Below, piece after piece: positions 31,534-47,398 of a stretch of DNA of 64,000 nucleotides (position 1 is the first letter of the stretch; each line of letters starts with the position of its first letter). The notes under the pieces were generated by a model that was not told where the DNA came from, did no database searches, and worked only from the letters and a program-made list of their open reading frames with translations. Made by a program: the position numbers and the translations under genes. The stretch lies in the sequence record KU521356.1. One strand, 5' to 3'.

Positions 31534-32856
31534 ATGACTAATAATTCACTTAGTCATTCGGTCTTACTTGAATCAATCGACGGGGACAGCCCCGTCGATA
31601 TGATCGCTACATGCGATGGATATCTAAAAGAATTATTGCCATCAATTGAAGATATTCAAAGTAGATTAGAATGCACTGAAAAAGACATTTTAGTTAAAAC
31701 CTATACCGATGGCTTATTTCAAAAATATGCAGATAACCAAGATGTTGTTAGTGAACACATTCTAAAAACTGAGAATGTGTCATTAGAAGACCTATCTAAG
31801 ACAGCACGAAATACCTGGGATGAAATGAAAAAATCCCAAGCAAAGCATCGAGATGAGTTAAAAGAGTATGCACGTATTATTACACAAGGTAATCAACGTA
31901 CTCTTGAACGAATAAACATGCTTTTAGAAAGAGCTGAAAATATTAAGCATGAGCCATTTAAGCAAGAATTAAAATTTAAAAATACTAAACGATTTAGTAT
32001 TGATGGTAAATTCGAACCGACTACAGTTGATCCGATACTCATGCAAGTTAACAACTTGATAGCTTTCTATGATAAATCCCTACTCTTGTATATCCAATCT
32101 GTAGCGGATATCCTTAGGAAATTATCATTTGATGAAAAATGGACTGATAGAGCTGCACAAGACTTTAGTAAGTTTAATGTTAAGAACTGGATGAAGGGTG
32201 CAGTACCTATTAAGAAAGATGATAGATTTAGAGTAAGTTCTACAGTTTATCGTAGTATGCCAGTTCAAGGTAATAAGACTTTATTTGGCGCAGGGCCAAC
32301 TGAAACACAGACTGAAGAGATCAGGGATTGGGATTTTTTAGTAAATACTGTCCGTGATTTTGCCTTTAAGTTTTATACTATTCCTACTATGAAGGATGCA
32401 CCTGAAGGTAACAATACCTTTAAGGTTAATGATACGAGTTCAATTGGAAGACGGTTAGTATTATTAAGCGAAATGGCTAAACGTATAGATGCTAGAAAAG
32501 ATTATGCAACTAAACTAGATTTTGAATTTGGTAGGTTAATGCAGTTAGCCGAGACTAATCGTCAACAAGCTGGTAGGATTCGGGCACAACAATCTAATAT
32601 GCGAAATCGTCAAGCAAAAGTTCAAGATCCTGATGCACCTGATGGCATCCCTGCTATCTCAAATATCATTAATTCAATTACATTAATGATCAATAATGTA
32701 AGTCGCGTTGTAACAGATTTTAGTAATGCTCTTGCTGGTTTAGTCAGAGTAATGGGTCGACTAGTATTCGTGACCGAGTTAGAATTAAAAGCTTACCAGC
32801 GTCCAATTCAAAGACCTACGCAAGAACAAGTAAATAATCCCTCCCAGGTAAGGTAA
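31534..32856 (+). CDS. Inner-body family head protein (phiKZ gp92-like)
   Basis: 440 aa, GAGGA RBS, VSLEDLSK processing-type motif. Confidence 0.65.
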   Translation: MTNNSLSHSVLLESIDGDSPVDMIATCDGYLKELLPSIEDIQSRLECTEKDILVKTYTDGLFQKYADNQDVVSEHILKTENVSLEDLSKTARNTWDEMKKSQAKHRDELKEYARIITQGNQRTLERINMLLERAENIKHEPFKQELKFKNTKRFSIDGKFEPTTVDPILMQVNNLIAFYDKSLLLYIQSVADILRKLSFDEKWTDRAAQDFSKFNVKNWMKGAVPIKKDDRFRVSSTVYRSMPVQGNKTLFGAGPTETQTEEIRDWDFLVNTVRDFAFKFYTIPTMKDAPEGNNTFKVNDTSSIGRRLVLLSEMAKRIDARKDYATKLDFEFGRLMQLAETNRQQAGRIRAQQSNMRNRQAKVQDPDAPDGIPAISNIINSITLMINNVSRVVTDFSNALAGLVRVMGRLVFVTELELKAYQRPIQRPTQEQVNNPSQVR

Positions 32857-32861
32857 TTAAC

Positions 32862-34169
32862 ATGTCTCTACTTAAAATGCTAGACAAACTATCACTTGAA
32901 TCAATTGAAGATCAAGGCACTACGATTCATGGTGATGTTGAATTAGTCGTTGAAAATAAAACTTCTGCTGATGTATCATCCGTTTTAGCAGAAGTAGATC
33001 AGATTGAAAATAATCCCGTAGAAGAAGTTCTTGATGCAGATGATGCTATTCAACCAACTGCATTAGATACTGAAGTAACTATTGTTCAAGCTGAAGATGA
33101 ATTAGGGCTAATTGAAGATGCTAAAGAAGCACTTGAAAAGTTCCAAGGTCTTTTACTTCAAGCTGGTGAAGATGGTATCTCTCGACAAGCAGCTGCCTTC
33201 ATGCATGTTGGCATGGAATCAATCGATCGTATCCTAGGTATTGAAAAATCTGGACTCACTGCCGCGCTTGAGAATTACGATGCTTCTCCACGCAGCGCTA
33301 TTCAGAAAGCAGCTGTTATCTCTCTTGAGGATCTCAAAGAGAAACTAAAAGAAGCAGGTAAGAAAGCTTTAGAGATTATCAAGAAAATTGTTGCAATGAT
33401 AAAGCAGAAGATTAAAGATTTTAATCCTAAGCTGATTGCACTCGATATGCGTATTACTAAAACTATTGATGCTATTAAATCACTCAAAGCCGGTGATCTA
33501 AAGAAAGAAGAGATTAAGTTCACTCCTTCTGAGTATATGGTATCTAGTAGTGGCTTTATTGCAAATAATCCGAAGACTATTGCAGACTTCATGACTGTAT
33601 TCTCAACTCAGTATGTATCTGCTCTTAGGAAATATGGCGAACTTGGAGTACGTTATCTCAAAGGTGACAAGTCTATTGATATTGATCAAGTCACCAGTGA
33701 TTTACAAGCTAAGATGGCTGAAGATATTAATAAAGCCGTTGAGAAAGCTCCTGGTAATGTTAAGTTAGAAGTTACTTCTTCTAAGTCAGGTGTGAATAAG
33801 TGGGAAGTTGTTGAGGGTGATGGGGAAACGGATCTACATGAAGTTGAAGTTGATGTCCGTGCACCGAGTAAAATCTTAGCACATCTTAATATTCTTAAAG
33901 GTCTTGTTATTAAACTACAGGACTTTAATAAGATTGATTACAAGATTGCTGAGAATCTTGAAAAGGCCCTAGCTGATTGGAATCCTGACGAAGCAGGCAT
34001 GTCAAAAGAAACAGCGCGTGATGCACTGAATATTGGTGGTATTGATAATAGTGCACTAGTTAACTATATTGCTAAATGCATCGCTGCGCAGTATACATTT
34101 ATTGTTAAACATGAATTAGCTGCGTACGGCAAAGAAACTTCTAAAGCATCTGAGAATGATGAGAAGTAA
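32862..34169 (+). CDS. Internal head protein, gp93-97 paralog family (gp93-like)
   Basis: AAAFMHVGMESIDR and ISLEDLKEK shared with the neighbouring paralogs. Confidence 0.75.
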   Translation: MSLLKMLDKLSLESIEDQGTTIHGDVELVVENKTSADVSSVLAEVDQIENNPVEEVLDADDAIQPTALDTEVTIVQAEDELGLIEDAKEALEKFQGLLLQAGEDGISRQAAAFMHVGMESIDRILGIEKSGLTAALENYDASPRSAIQKAAVISLEDLKEKLKEAGKKALEIIKKIVAMIKQKIKDFNPKLIALDMRITKTIDAIKSLKAGDLKKEEIKFTPSEYMVSSSGFIANNPKTIADFMTVFSTQYVSALRKYGELGVRYLKGDKSIDIDQVTSDLQAKMAEDINKAVEKAPGNVKLEVTSSKSGVNKWEVVEGDGETDLHEVEVDVRAPSKILAHLNILKGLVIKLQDFNKIDYKIAENLEKALADWNPDEAGMSKETARDALNIGGIDNSALVNYIAKCIAAQYTFIVKHELAAYGKETSKASENDEK

Positions 34170-34179
34170 CAAACATAAT

Positions 34180-34201
34180 GAGGAACCCTTCGGGGTTCCT
34201 C
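34180..34201. terminator. Intrinsic terminator
   Basis: GAGGAACCC-TTCG-GGGTTCCTC (UUCG loop) flanked by CATA and TTATG. Confidence 0.85.
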
Positions 34202-34238
34202 TTATGCTATGTAATTAAGTATTCTTGAGGAATTGTAA

Positions 34239-35756
34239 ATGAACTTAAATAAGTTACTTGATAGTTTAGAAGGTTATGGTGTTGTCGAAGTAAAAGAAAA
34301 AGTCGCGAAAGCCAAACTAAAGCACGCTGCTACAGACGACAAGCAAATATCTAAAGAACCAGAAGAAGCTGCCAAATTAATTGATGAATTACCAAATGAT
34401 GTAAAAGCAACTAATAATGGGTTAGATGTTGAAGAAGCACATAAACCTAATATCCATTGGAAATCAGATCGTGGTTTAGTTACTGAAGTTGATTCATTTG
34501 GTAAAACATACGTCGCATCAGAAGAATATCCAGCATCACCCCATGACACCCGAGAAAGTCCTGATAATAGACCTACACCAGTGGATGGTAAAGATTTAGA
34601 TAGTGATGATGATCATTTAAATATCTTTGCGTATGATGCACCTCCATCTCAAAACATGACATATCAGCTAAATCAATTACTGCATGCGCGTACTAGTTTA
34701 GAATGTTTTATAGATTTATTAAATACCGCTGGTGATAGAGGTATTACTAAACAATCAGCTGCTTTTATGCACGTTACATTAGAATCAATTGATAAGCTTA
34801 TCGGCTTTGAAAAGATTAGTATTGAAGATTTTAATGCAACCCCTAGCAGCGCTATGCGTTTTGTAAATATTTCTCAAGAAGAAATAAAAGAACGTATTGA
34901 AAGTATAGGTAAAAAGATACTTGCTTTAATAGTCCATGTTATTGAACAAGCTAAAGTAGCGGCACAGCGTGTACTAACTGGAATCAAATCAGTTGAAGAT
35001 AAAACTGATGAGTTAATTGAAAAAGCGAAAAGTTTAATCAATAAGCCAACTGTATCAAATGAAAGGGTAACACCTGATTTTGATATGTCAATTAAAATTG
35101 ACAATCCTAAAATGTTATTCATTGGTGATGAATTTGTTTTAGACGATTTAACTAATGAAACAAAAGTTAGTCAATTTCTAGCTAAAGAATGGCCAAATAT
35201 AGCTAGATCAAACATTGATAAAGTAGTTAAATTAATTAAAGACTACGACTTAGAAGATAATGAACTAGATAAGTTTAAAGAGGCTTTTGAATTTATTGGT
35301 GAAGCTAATCAGTTAGATAAAGTAAAAGATACTTCTCTACCTGGTAATAGTAAACTTATATTCCAGAAAGATAAATATGCTCCACGACTTGGTGAAGATA
35401 AACATGGTGATGGTCCAGATACAATCACGATCGAGCCAAGGCCGCCTGTTGAAGTGCGTAAAACATTAGAAGTTAATAAAGAAGCTATTCGTCGTTTAGG
35501 TGATCTATTTAAAGCTGAAAAAGATGTCCTTGAACAACTGAAGAAGGTTGCACAGGGCATTGAGGACATGGAGCTACGTAGGTCTAAAGCTATTTGGAAA
35601 GGTGCTCGTGATGATGCAAATGAGATTATATCTTTAGTTAATGGCTTTATTACCGATATGTCACCAGAATACGCAACACTAATTAGTTACCTATTACGTA
35701 TTGCAAAGCAACGAAATGCTGTTTGTAATATGGAATTAGAAAGATATGGCCAATAA
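34239..35756 (+). CDS. Internal head protein (gp94-like paralog)
   Basis: SAAFMHVTLESIDK and ISQEEIKER; N-terminus LLDSLE. Confidence 0.75.
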   Translation: MNLNKLLDSLEGYGVVEVKEKVAKAKLKHAATDDKQISKEPEEAAKLIDELPNDVKATNNGLDVEEAHKPNIHWKSDRGLVTEVDSFGKTYVASEEYPASPHDTRESPDNRPTPVDGKDLDSDDDHLNIFAYDAPPSQNMTYQLNQLLHARTSLECFIDLLNTAGDRGITKQSAAFMHVTLESIDKLIGFEKISIEDFNATPSSAMRFVNISQEEIKERIESIGKKILALIVHVIEQAKVAAQRVLTGIKSVEDKTDELIEKAKSLINKPTVSNERVTPDFDMSIKIDNPKMLFIGDEFVLDDLTNETKVSQFLAKEWPNIARSNIDKVVKLIKDYDLEDNELDKFKEAFEFIGEANQLDKVKDTSLPGNSKLIFQKDKYAPRLGEDKHGDGPDTITIEPRPPVEVRKTLEVNKEAIRRLGDLFKAEKDVLEQLKKVAQGIEDMELRRSKAIWKGARDDANEIISLVNGFITDMSPEYATLISYLLRIAKQRNAVCNMELERYGQ

Positions 35757-35843
35757 ATATATCTAAGTGTTCATTTTTATCTAAGTACCTAATTCTATGG
35801 TTTATTGTTAAACGCGCGCAAAGAAATTCCTTGAGGAAATAAC

Positions 35844-37487
35844 ATGACATTTAAACTCAATGAGTATCTAGATAGTCTAGAAGACTATACTGAGGTACCT
35901 ATTCCTGAAACAGCAGTTGATAAAGTAGCAGCCATGACTAGTGGCGATTGTATTTCTGAAGACGCTGTACCTGAAAATACTATTCAAGATGTGACTGACA
36001 ATAATGTTGGTGTAACACCAACTGCACCAGTGGATGCAGATACCACTATTGTTAATACTCCTAATAATGGCGTTATTGTTGAGACTCCAGCTGCTACTCT
36101 AGTTGAACAACCAGCTGTACCAGTTACCGTAGTTGAAACAGATGTAGTAACAGAAGTACCCCCTATTCCTGAACAACCTAATATTGCTGTTGAAACAGTT
36201 ATTCCAGCAGGTGCCGAAGGAGAGGAACCACAAGGTGGTGAAACAGTAACTCAGCAAATCGCTGATCAGGCTGCCAAAGATAGTTCTATTCCACTAGCGC
36301 ATAATGGCGTGGTGCCACAGATCGCTGTTGCAGTGGATATGGATAAACCTACTGATTTCATGGACATTGGTAATGCACAAGTAGTTACTACAGCAGTGCA
36401 AGATATTAATCAAGGTCTAAATACCGCATATGCCCTAGAGTCGATTAAAGCTCTTGTTCGACAAGCTGGTATTAATGGTATCAGTCAAAGTACAGCTGCA
36501 TTTATTCATTCTGCACTCTTACCACATCGTCATGTACTTGGTGATAATACTTTAACTAGCTCATTAGAAAACTATACGACTGGTGGTAAAAGTCATTTAT
36601 ATCCAGTTAAGATTTCAACTGAGGATATTAAAGAGTTAAGTCGTAAGGCGCTTGCTTATATCAAGAAAGCTATTGCTAAACTACGTGAAATTATTAGCCA
36701 CGTATGGGATAGTCTTAAGAATAGTGTACCGCGTGTGAGTGTAAAAGTTGATGAACTCATTTTAGCTATCCAAAATGCTAAGTTTGAAAATATACCCAGT
36801 GAATTAACGGTTCCTGTTAAAAATGGTGGACCCGTATTTGCTAATGGTAAATTCATTCAGCCTTCAGCTAACGTTGGATATGGCCCTATCGTTAAATGGA
36901 TGGCATCTGTATATGCAAAAGACTATGCTACCTACCTAACGAATATTGGTACTGTGCTTAAAGCTTGGGATCCAGAGCGTAATGATGCTAGTGAACTAGT
37001 TGAGAAGATGGACAAACTTCAAGATGGACCTCTCAAACACTACGCTAGTACATCTAACACTTTACCGGGTAATAAGCTTGTAACTACGACTGCTACTCAA
37101 GTATATCTAACGGATGATGAGACAGCCGCAGAACCTGGCACTGAAGTGACTTTAAAGAACTTTGATAAGAGTCAAGCTAAGAAAGAAGCGGTAGCTCTAC
37201 GTAATCTGGTTGATGATGCAGCTGATGTTATCACTGGCGGTCGGAATATTGTTAAAGCCATTAAGCAACTTGAAGATGATGTTGATCAACTTTCACGGAA
37301 ACTAGAGAGTGATAAAATCGACGATGTTTCTAAAGAACAGATCGAAGAAGTATCACGTAAGGTAGCATCTATTATTACAGATAGTGCACCTAAACATGAC
37401 TCCATTATTCGTGAAGCAATGCGTTACGCAAATACTGCAACTGGACTTTATAATAGTGTAATTAACACTAAATTCCAAGCAGAATAA
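35844..37487 (+). CDS. Internal head protein (gp95-like paralog)
   Basis: TAAFIH...SSLENY...ISTEDIKE; acidic P/V/T-rich propeptide. Confidence 0.75.
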   Translation: MTFKLNEYLDSLEDYTEVPIPETAVDKVAAMTSGDCISEDAVPENTIQDVTDNNVGVTPTAPVDADTTIVNTPNNGVIVETPAATLVEQPAVPVTVVETDVVTEVPPIPEQPNIAVETVIPAGAEGEEPQGGETVTQQIADQAAKDSSIPLAHNGVVPQIAVAVDMDKPTDFMDIGNAQVVTTAVQDINQGLNTAYALESIKALVRQAGINGISQSTAAFIHSALLPHRHVLGDNTLTSSLENYTTGGKSHLYPVKISTEDIKELSRKALAYIKKAIAKLREIISHVWDSLKNSVPRVSVKVDELILAIQNAKFENIPSELTVPVKNGGPVFANGKFIQPSANVGYGPIVKWMASVYAKDYATYLTNIGTVLKAWDPERNDASELVEKMDKLQDGPLKHYASTSNTLPGNKLVTTTATQVYLTDDETAAEPGTEVTLKNFDKSQAKKEAVALRNLVDDAADVITGGRNIVKAIKQLEDDVDQLSRKLESDKIDDVSKEQIEEVSRKVASIITDSAPKHDSIIREAMRYANTATGLYNSVINTKFQAE

Positions 37488-37506
37488 TGATAGGTGACGA
37501 CATATT

Positions 37507-37530
37507 GACGGGGCTCGGAAGAGTCCCGTC
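37507..37530. terminator. Intrinsic terminator
   Basis: GACGGGGCTC-GGAA-GAGTCCCGTC (GNRA loop) flanked by CATA and TTATG. Confidence 0.85.
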
Positions 37531-37548
37531 TTATGTTAGGAGTTAGCA

Positions 37549-38664
37549 ATGGAATTAATTGATATTTATAAAGATACACCAGATGAAATGATTATTGATC
37601 TTGATGAACCTAAAAGACTTGCAGATTTATTATCAGGCGATGAAGCATTAGCTAGGCGAGTGATGGATCTATTAGGTGGTATGGAAGATTATAATCAGAT
37701 CCAAGGGGTTATCAAAGAATTAGAGGATGTGGTATCTACTGAAGATATTAGTGATACTATTAAACATGTCATTGATCGAGTTATTAAACTATTTGTCACC
37801 ACTATTGAGAAACTAATGGATAGTGGAGTAGTATTAGCAGCTACAGCTGAATATGTTGCAATTCGAGCAGAAAACTTACGAGTTAACAGTCGTGCTAGAA
37901 CTCGTAAAAATAAGAATCCTACATTCCTAATTACAACTCGTATTCAGAACTTAAGTGTTAGATATAAACCTATTACCAATAGTGCTAATTTGTTATCTCA
38001 CTTACGCGTATTGGAGACAGTAGTTGATGGGTATATCAATGGATTAGACAATGTGATTCTAAGGCCAGCTAATATCATACCTTCGTATATGAATCCAAAT
38101 GCTAGTCCAGATGCTTTAGCAGAACTACTATTAAATAGTGCCCCAACTAAAATAACCACACCATCTGTTTATCGCGATCAAGGTAATCGATTTGTATCAT
38201 TGCATTTGCTAGGTAATCATCAAATTGTAATTAACTATAATCCCGATAAGAATGCAAGTGCTTATGATCAGTGTAGGGATATTTCTTCACGGTTAGTTCC
38301 ATCTGAAGAAACCCCTAGACCACTACCAGTCGAAATAGAATTTGAACATTTCAACCATCAAGTTACTGAAAGTATTATTGATCGAGTTGTTAAGGTAGTT
38401 GATAAGATCAATCGTGCAAATGCTGCATCAATGCGTACTCGTCGAAATGAACGGTTAAGGACTCTTAAAGGTGCATTAATCAGGTTTAGAGATGAACTAA
38501 CACGTGCTCGTAATGAAGGGCGACCTGATAGAGAAATACAAGAACTTGTTTCATTGGTAGAAACATATGTTGATTGGTTGGCTATTCCTTATCACGACCT
38601 ATTTAAATTAACATGTCGTAATTTGACTGCCATACTCAATGTATGCGATGAAAATCTAAAGTAA
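37549..38664 (+). CDS. Internal head protein (gp96-like)
   Basis: AGGAG RBS; GGMED and VSTEDI processing-type motifs. Confidence 0.7.
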   Translation: MELIDIYKDTPDEMIIDLDEPKRLADLLSGDEALARRVMDLLGGMEDYNQIQGVIKELEDVVSTEDISDTIKHVIDRVIKLFVTTIEKLMDSGVVLAATAEYVAIRAENLRVNSRARTRKNKNPTFLITTRIQNLSVRYKPITNSANLLSHLRVLETVVDGYINGLDNVILRPANIIPSYMNPNASPDALAELLLNSAPTKITTPSVYRDQGNRFVSLHLLGNHQIVINYNPDKNASAYDQCRDISSRLVPSEETPRPLPVEIEFEHFNHQVTESIIDRVVKVVDKINRANAASMRTRRNERLRTLKGALIRFRDELTRARNEGRPDREIQELVSLVETYVDWLAIPYHDLFKLTCRNLTAILNVCDENLK

Positions 38665-38763
38665 GATTCCAGCGCAATATTTTGAATGTTAACGTTCGTC
38701 GCTTGGAGTTATGACTAAGACGAATAGCATAACTCATAAACTCTGTACAGAAGGTATATTAAC

Positions 38764-41214
38764 ATGATGGTAAATATTCACAAATATGTAGCCAGCCTTG
38801 AGAACCAAGATGGTACGGCTGTGGAACAGGATGTATCCAAAGTCGAGACATCTGTTAAAGATGATCATGAACTAGTTCAAGATTTAAAGAAAGATAATGA
38901 TGCATCTGCAACTATTGAGAATGAAACTGTTAAAACAGATACTGATATTATCTCTGCTGAAGAACATGAAGAAACAGCACATGCTGCTGATAAGTCAGCA
39001 GTAATTGTTGAAGAAGTTGTACCAGAAGAAACTGTTGTTGAGGAAAGTATTCCTGAACCGCTAGCTACCACTAGTGTCGAAGAAGGCGAAGAAGCAGTTA
39101 AAGTTGCTGAAGCTGAAATCGCTGAAGAAATCGGTACAATTTCTGAAGGCGGTAAAGAGGTTTTAGATTCAACCACTGAAATTATTGAAGCTGCACAAGA
39201 TGCGGCTGATGATACTGAACTAGTACCTGTTGCAGAAGCACCTGGTGAAACAGCAGTGGAATTAACCCCCACTGAAGAAACCCCACTTGGTGACGAAACT
39301 CCACCGCCTGCACCACTATCTGAGGAACTTCCAGCTGGTGATGAACCTGTTTCATCAACCATGGATACACTACCAGATGAAGTGTTAGATGCTGGTGAAG
39401 TTGTAAGTGAAGCAGTCCCTGGTATTGATGACGATGTAACTCCTGAAGAAGCCGGTGCTGAGCAAACAACTGCTGATGAAAGTTCCAATGATGAACCTGA
39501 GACAGAGATCACTGAAACAGAAGAAGTCGAAATTACTGAACCAGCTGTAGCTGATGCTGAAACAGAAGTTGTTGAAACCGTAGAAGATACGCCGGATACA
39601 ACTGATAGTGAAGTAGCTGAAGTAGTAGAGGCGGAATCTGAAAGTGTTCCTGCTGAAGCTGAACCAGATGAAATCGTAGCAGTTGATGAAGAAGTAGCTG
39701 TAACTGATCCAATTGTAGAAGAAGCTGCCGAAACAGCAGAAGTAGCTGAAGAAGGCTTAAGCGAATTGGAAGAAGTTCGGGATGAAGCTGAAGAAGAATT
39801 AACTAATGATGACAGTGATTCTACTGATGTATTAATCAATGAAGCTGAAACTGAAGAAACAGTTGCTGAAACCGAAACGGCATCTACTATTTCCGAACCA
39901 ACAATTGAAGAAGGTGCTGTTGAAGACGACAGTGAAACAATTGTTGCAGAAACAGATGATGACGTTTCAGAAGATGACATCGAAGAAAAGTTAGCTGAAG
40001 GTGAAATTGACATCCCGGATGTTGACGTAGAAGTAACTGAAGATGATGTTGAAGAAGCTGACGAGACTGCTGATGAGGCAGTTGAAGAAGCCGATAAGCT
40101 TGAAGATGACATTGAAGATGGTAAGAAAACCATTGGTCAATTACTTGAAGAGCAGGCATCAAATGAATCCATGCTTGAGATTCTACATTATGGCCTAGAA
40201 CATAAGCAATATAGTCCTCAGTTCATCGTACATGCTAATAGCTGTTTAGAACGCCTGCATAACGCCTTTGATGTCTATTCACCTGGTGTTCCAGCAATGG
40301 AAGATTATGGTTATGGTAATCTAGAAGATTACTATAAGGCGATGGTTACTTCGCTAGAATCATTTAATAGCACTATTGGTAAGTTTGTTCGAAATATTAT
40401 CGACAACATTGCTGAAGGTGCAAATGCATCCATCCATGTTAAAGCTAACCAAAAAGAACTAGCCGCAGCTAATACTAAAGCTGACCAACTTCTAGTTAAG
40501 CTTAAAGATACTGATAATTTTGAAAATAAAGAAATCAAAATTAATGGTATTCTAAAAGGTGATGATAATCTAGTACGCGGTGTTGCTGGAGAAGTTCGTC
40601 GTATTAGCGATATTATTAACAAATGCTTCAAAATCGATGGTGAATACATCGAACGTTTAGTTGGTCACCTATCAACTGCTATTGAAGCTGATAGTGAAGA
40701 AGCTATTGATAAGGCTCTAGAAGAAGCAACTAAATTAGAAGTACCTGTTAAGAAATATCCTGAGAGTTCATTTATCAGTGGAAAACTAGAAGGTAGTTTT
40801 ACCTTCGAGAAGTCTGGCCGTGATGTAACTGGTCGCACTAGTAAAGATATTGAACGATTAGCTGCTATTGCACTTCCAACTGGTGAATGGGGTGCTACCG
40901 GTACTGCTACTGCTAAAGTTAGCCGTAAGGACGTTACTGAACTAATGAAACTTTCTAAAGTTCTAATTGGTCTTGGTAATGCCTCTCTAAAAGTTAGCGG
41001 TAACCGCGGTGTACGTCGTCTTGACCAAGCTAACCGTGATATCTCTAAAGTGGCTAGCATGGATAGTAAAGCCGGTAAAAAGAAAGTCCGGCAACTAGCT
41101 AGTGCAGTATGGGAAGTTGTTGGCCAATCGGCTGAAAACCACACCGTTCTAGTTGATTACATTGTAGCTCTTACCAATGCAATTAACACTGCTGTGAATC
41201 GTGCCATTAAGTAA
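38764..41214 (+). CDS. Internal head protein with a very long acidic propeptide (gp97-like)
   Basis: About 450 residues of E/D/A/T/V-rich low complexity followed by a folded domain after PAME/TSLE. Confidence 0.75.
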   Translation: MMVNIHKYVASLENQDGTAVEQDVSKVETSVKDDHELVQDLKKDNDASATIENETVKTDTDIISAEEHEETAHAADKSAVIVEEVVPEETVVEESIPEPLATTSVEEGEEAVKVAEAEIAEEIGTISEGGKEVLDSTTEIIEAAQDAADDTELVPVAEAPGETAVELTPTEETPLGDETPPPAPLSEELPAGDEPVSSTMDTLPDEVLDAGEVVSEAVPGIDDDVTPEEAGAEQTTADESSNDEPETEITETEEVEITEPAVADAETEVVETVEDTPDTTDSEVAEVVEAESESVPAEAEPDEIVAVDEEVAVTDPIVEEAAETAEVAEEGLSELEEVRDEAEEELTNDDSDSTDVLINEAETEETVAETETASTISEPTIEEGAVEDDSETIVAETDDDVSEDDIEEKLAEGEIDIPDVDVEVTEDDVEEADETADEAVEEADKLEDDIEDGKKTIGQLLEEQASNESMLEILHYGLEHKQYSPQFIVHANSCLERLHNAFDVYSPGVPAMEDYGYGNLEDYYKAMVTSLESFNSTIGKFVRNIIDNIAEGANASIHVKANQKELAAANTKADQLLVKLKDTDNFENKEIKINGILKGDDNLVRGVAGEVRRISDIINKCFKIDGEYIERLVGHLSTAIEADSEEAIDKALEEATKLEVPVKKYPESSFISGKLEGSFTFEKSGRDVTGRTSKDIERLAAIALPTGEWGATGTATAKVSRKDVTELMKLSKVLIGLGNASLKVSGNRGVRRLDQANRDISKVASMDSKAGKKKVRQLASAVWEVVGQSAENHTVLVDYIVALTNAINTAVNRAIK

Positions 41215-41224
41215 CAAACATAAC

Positions 41225-41245
41225 GGGGAGCCTTCATGGCTCCCT
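41225..41245. terminator. Intrinsic terminator
   Basis: GGGGAGCC-TTCAT-GGCTCCCC flanked by CATA and TTTTATG. Confidence 0.85.
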
Positions 41246-41279
41246 TTTATGCTGTTAGACCATGATCTTATGATCTTAA

Positions 41280-44335
<3,056 letters not shown>

Positions 44336-44339
44336 TACC

Positions 44340-46316
<1,977 letters not shown>

Positions 46317-46329
46317 ATTTAGGTGTATT

Positions 46330-46752
46330 ATGGAACAACTATTTATACGAGTTGATGTGAGGTGGTCACAACAATTCTTTTCTGAATTAAAACAATACTT
46401 TAATTATACCGCAAAAGATGAAGATGATCTTAACTACTTGATCATTCTTTATATTAAAGAACGACATAATTTCTTTTGGACATGTGTTCCAGATAGATAC
46501 AATGATGTAATGTGTAGTTTCTATAAATCAATTTGTGGTTATCCAATAAATCCTAATATCATTGCAAATAGATTTGATCAACTCTATCGTGAGATTATGA
46601 ATAGCTTATTACAAATAAAAGGTATTATCAAAGATATAGTTGCTGTTAAAACAAAAGAAGGGGATATCGAGGGATTCATTATACATTCTGAATCACTACC
46701 TAGGTCCTATCCAAGACCTACTAATTGGAAAGGTGTATTTGAAAGATCTTAA
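46330..46752 (+). CDS. Hypothetical protein
   Basis: AGGTG RBS before ATG at 46330 (MEQLFIRV). Confidence 0.65.
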   Translation: MEQLFIRVDVRWSQQFFSELKQYFNYTAKDEDDLNYLIILYIKERHNFFWTCVPDRYNDVMCSFYKSICGYPINPNIIANRFDQLYREIMNSLLQIKGIIKDIVAVKTKEGDIEGFIIHSESLPRSYPRPTNWKGVFERS

Positions 46753-46764
46753 ACAGTATATTAC
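46749..46764 (+). promoter_or_regulatory. Early promoter TTAAACAGTATATTAC
   Basis: Exact TATATTAC at 46757-46764. Confidence 0.85.
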
Positions 46765-46791
46765 ACATATGAACTAATGTGGAGTATATAC

Positions 46792-46917
46792 ATGGAAAAC
46801 ATCCCTTTAAATAAACCTAAACAACCGGTAGTACCTGAAACATGGATAAAACTTCATCATGTGGTCGTGTTATTCATTCTCTCACTAATAGGAACTTTAA
46901 TCTTCAATGGTATTTAG
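46792..46917 (+). CDS. 41-aa membrane microprotein missed by the track
   Basis: GGAG RBS; MENIPLNKPKQPVVPETWIKLHHVVVLFILSLIGTLIFNGI with a C-terminal hydrophobic helix. Confidence 0.7.
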   Translation: MENIPLNKPKQPVVPETWIKLHHVVVLFILSLIGTLIFNGI

Positions 46918-46925
46918 GAGGACAT

Positions 46926-47318
46926 ATGTCATTTATAATTGCTATATGTCTAGCAGTAATGGTAATAGGTATTTTTACTATTGGATCTAAAGTTAGAGCT
47001 TTATGGTATCTTATAAATGGTAAAACTTTAAATGAGCATAAGAAATGGCGCGCAGACTTCAATGAAGTAATTCAATGGCTTCATGAAGGTGCTTTCTTTA
47101 CTAAATCAGGTTTATTTAAAGATCAAGCTATCTCGATTAGATTATGTGAGCTATCGCGCAGTAAGAAATTATTCCCAATGCTACGGCGTTCTAAGTTCGA
47201 AGTTATAACTGCTAAGGTATTTAGGGAAATAACTGGTGAGCCTTCAGAGTATAATTATTACTTGAAATTTAATAAGGCTTATATTGGCTTCTACAACGCT
47301 AATCCAGAAATCCAATAA
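46926..47318 (+). CDS. Membrane-anchored hypothetical protein
   Basis: AGGAGG RBS before ATG at 46926 (MSFIIAICLAVMVIGIF). Confidence 0.75.
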   Translation: MSFIIAICLAVMVIGIFTIGSKVRALWYLINGKTLNEHKKWRADFNEVIQWLHEGAFFTKSGLFKDQAISIRLCELSRSKKLFPMLRRSKFEVITAKVFREITGEPSEYNYYLKFNKAYIGFYNANPEIQ

Positions 47319-47398
47319 GCCTGGAAATGCACCCAATCTAATGAGAAGGTCTATGTTTTGATCTTCTCATTAGTACTCTTGTAGAAGGAGCCATTATC

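Noticed and set aside
38877-41144. Long minus-strand ORFs (418 aa Ser-rich, 159 aa and others) opposite the gp97-like gene
   Set aside because: Antisense shadows of a biased GAA/GAT/GCT-rich coding strand; no RBS or plausible composition. The same applies to most short opposite-strand ORFs in the track.
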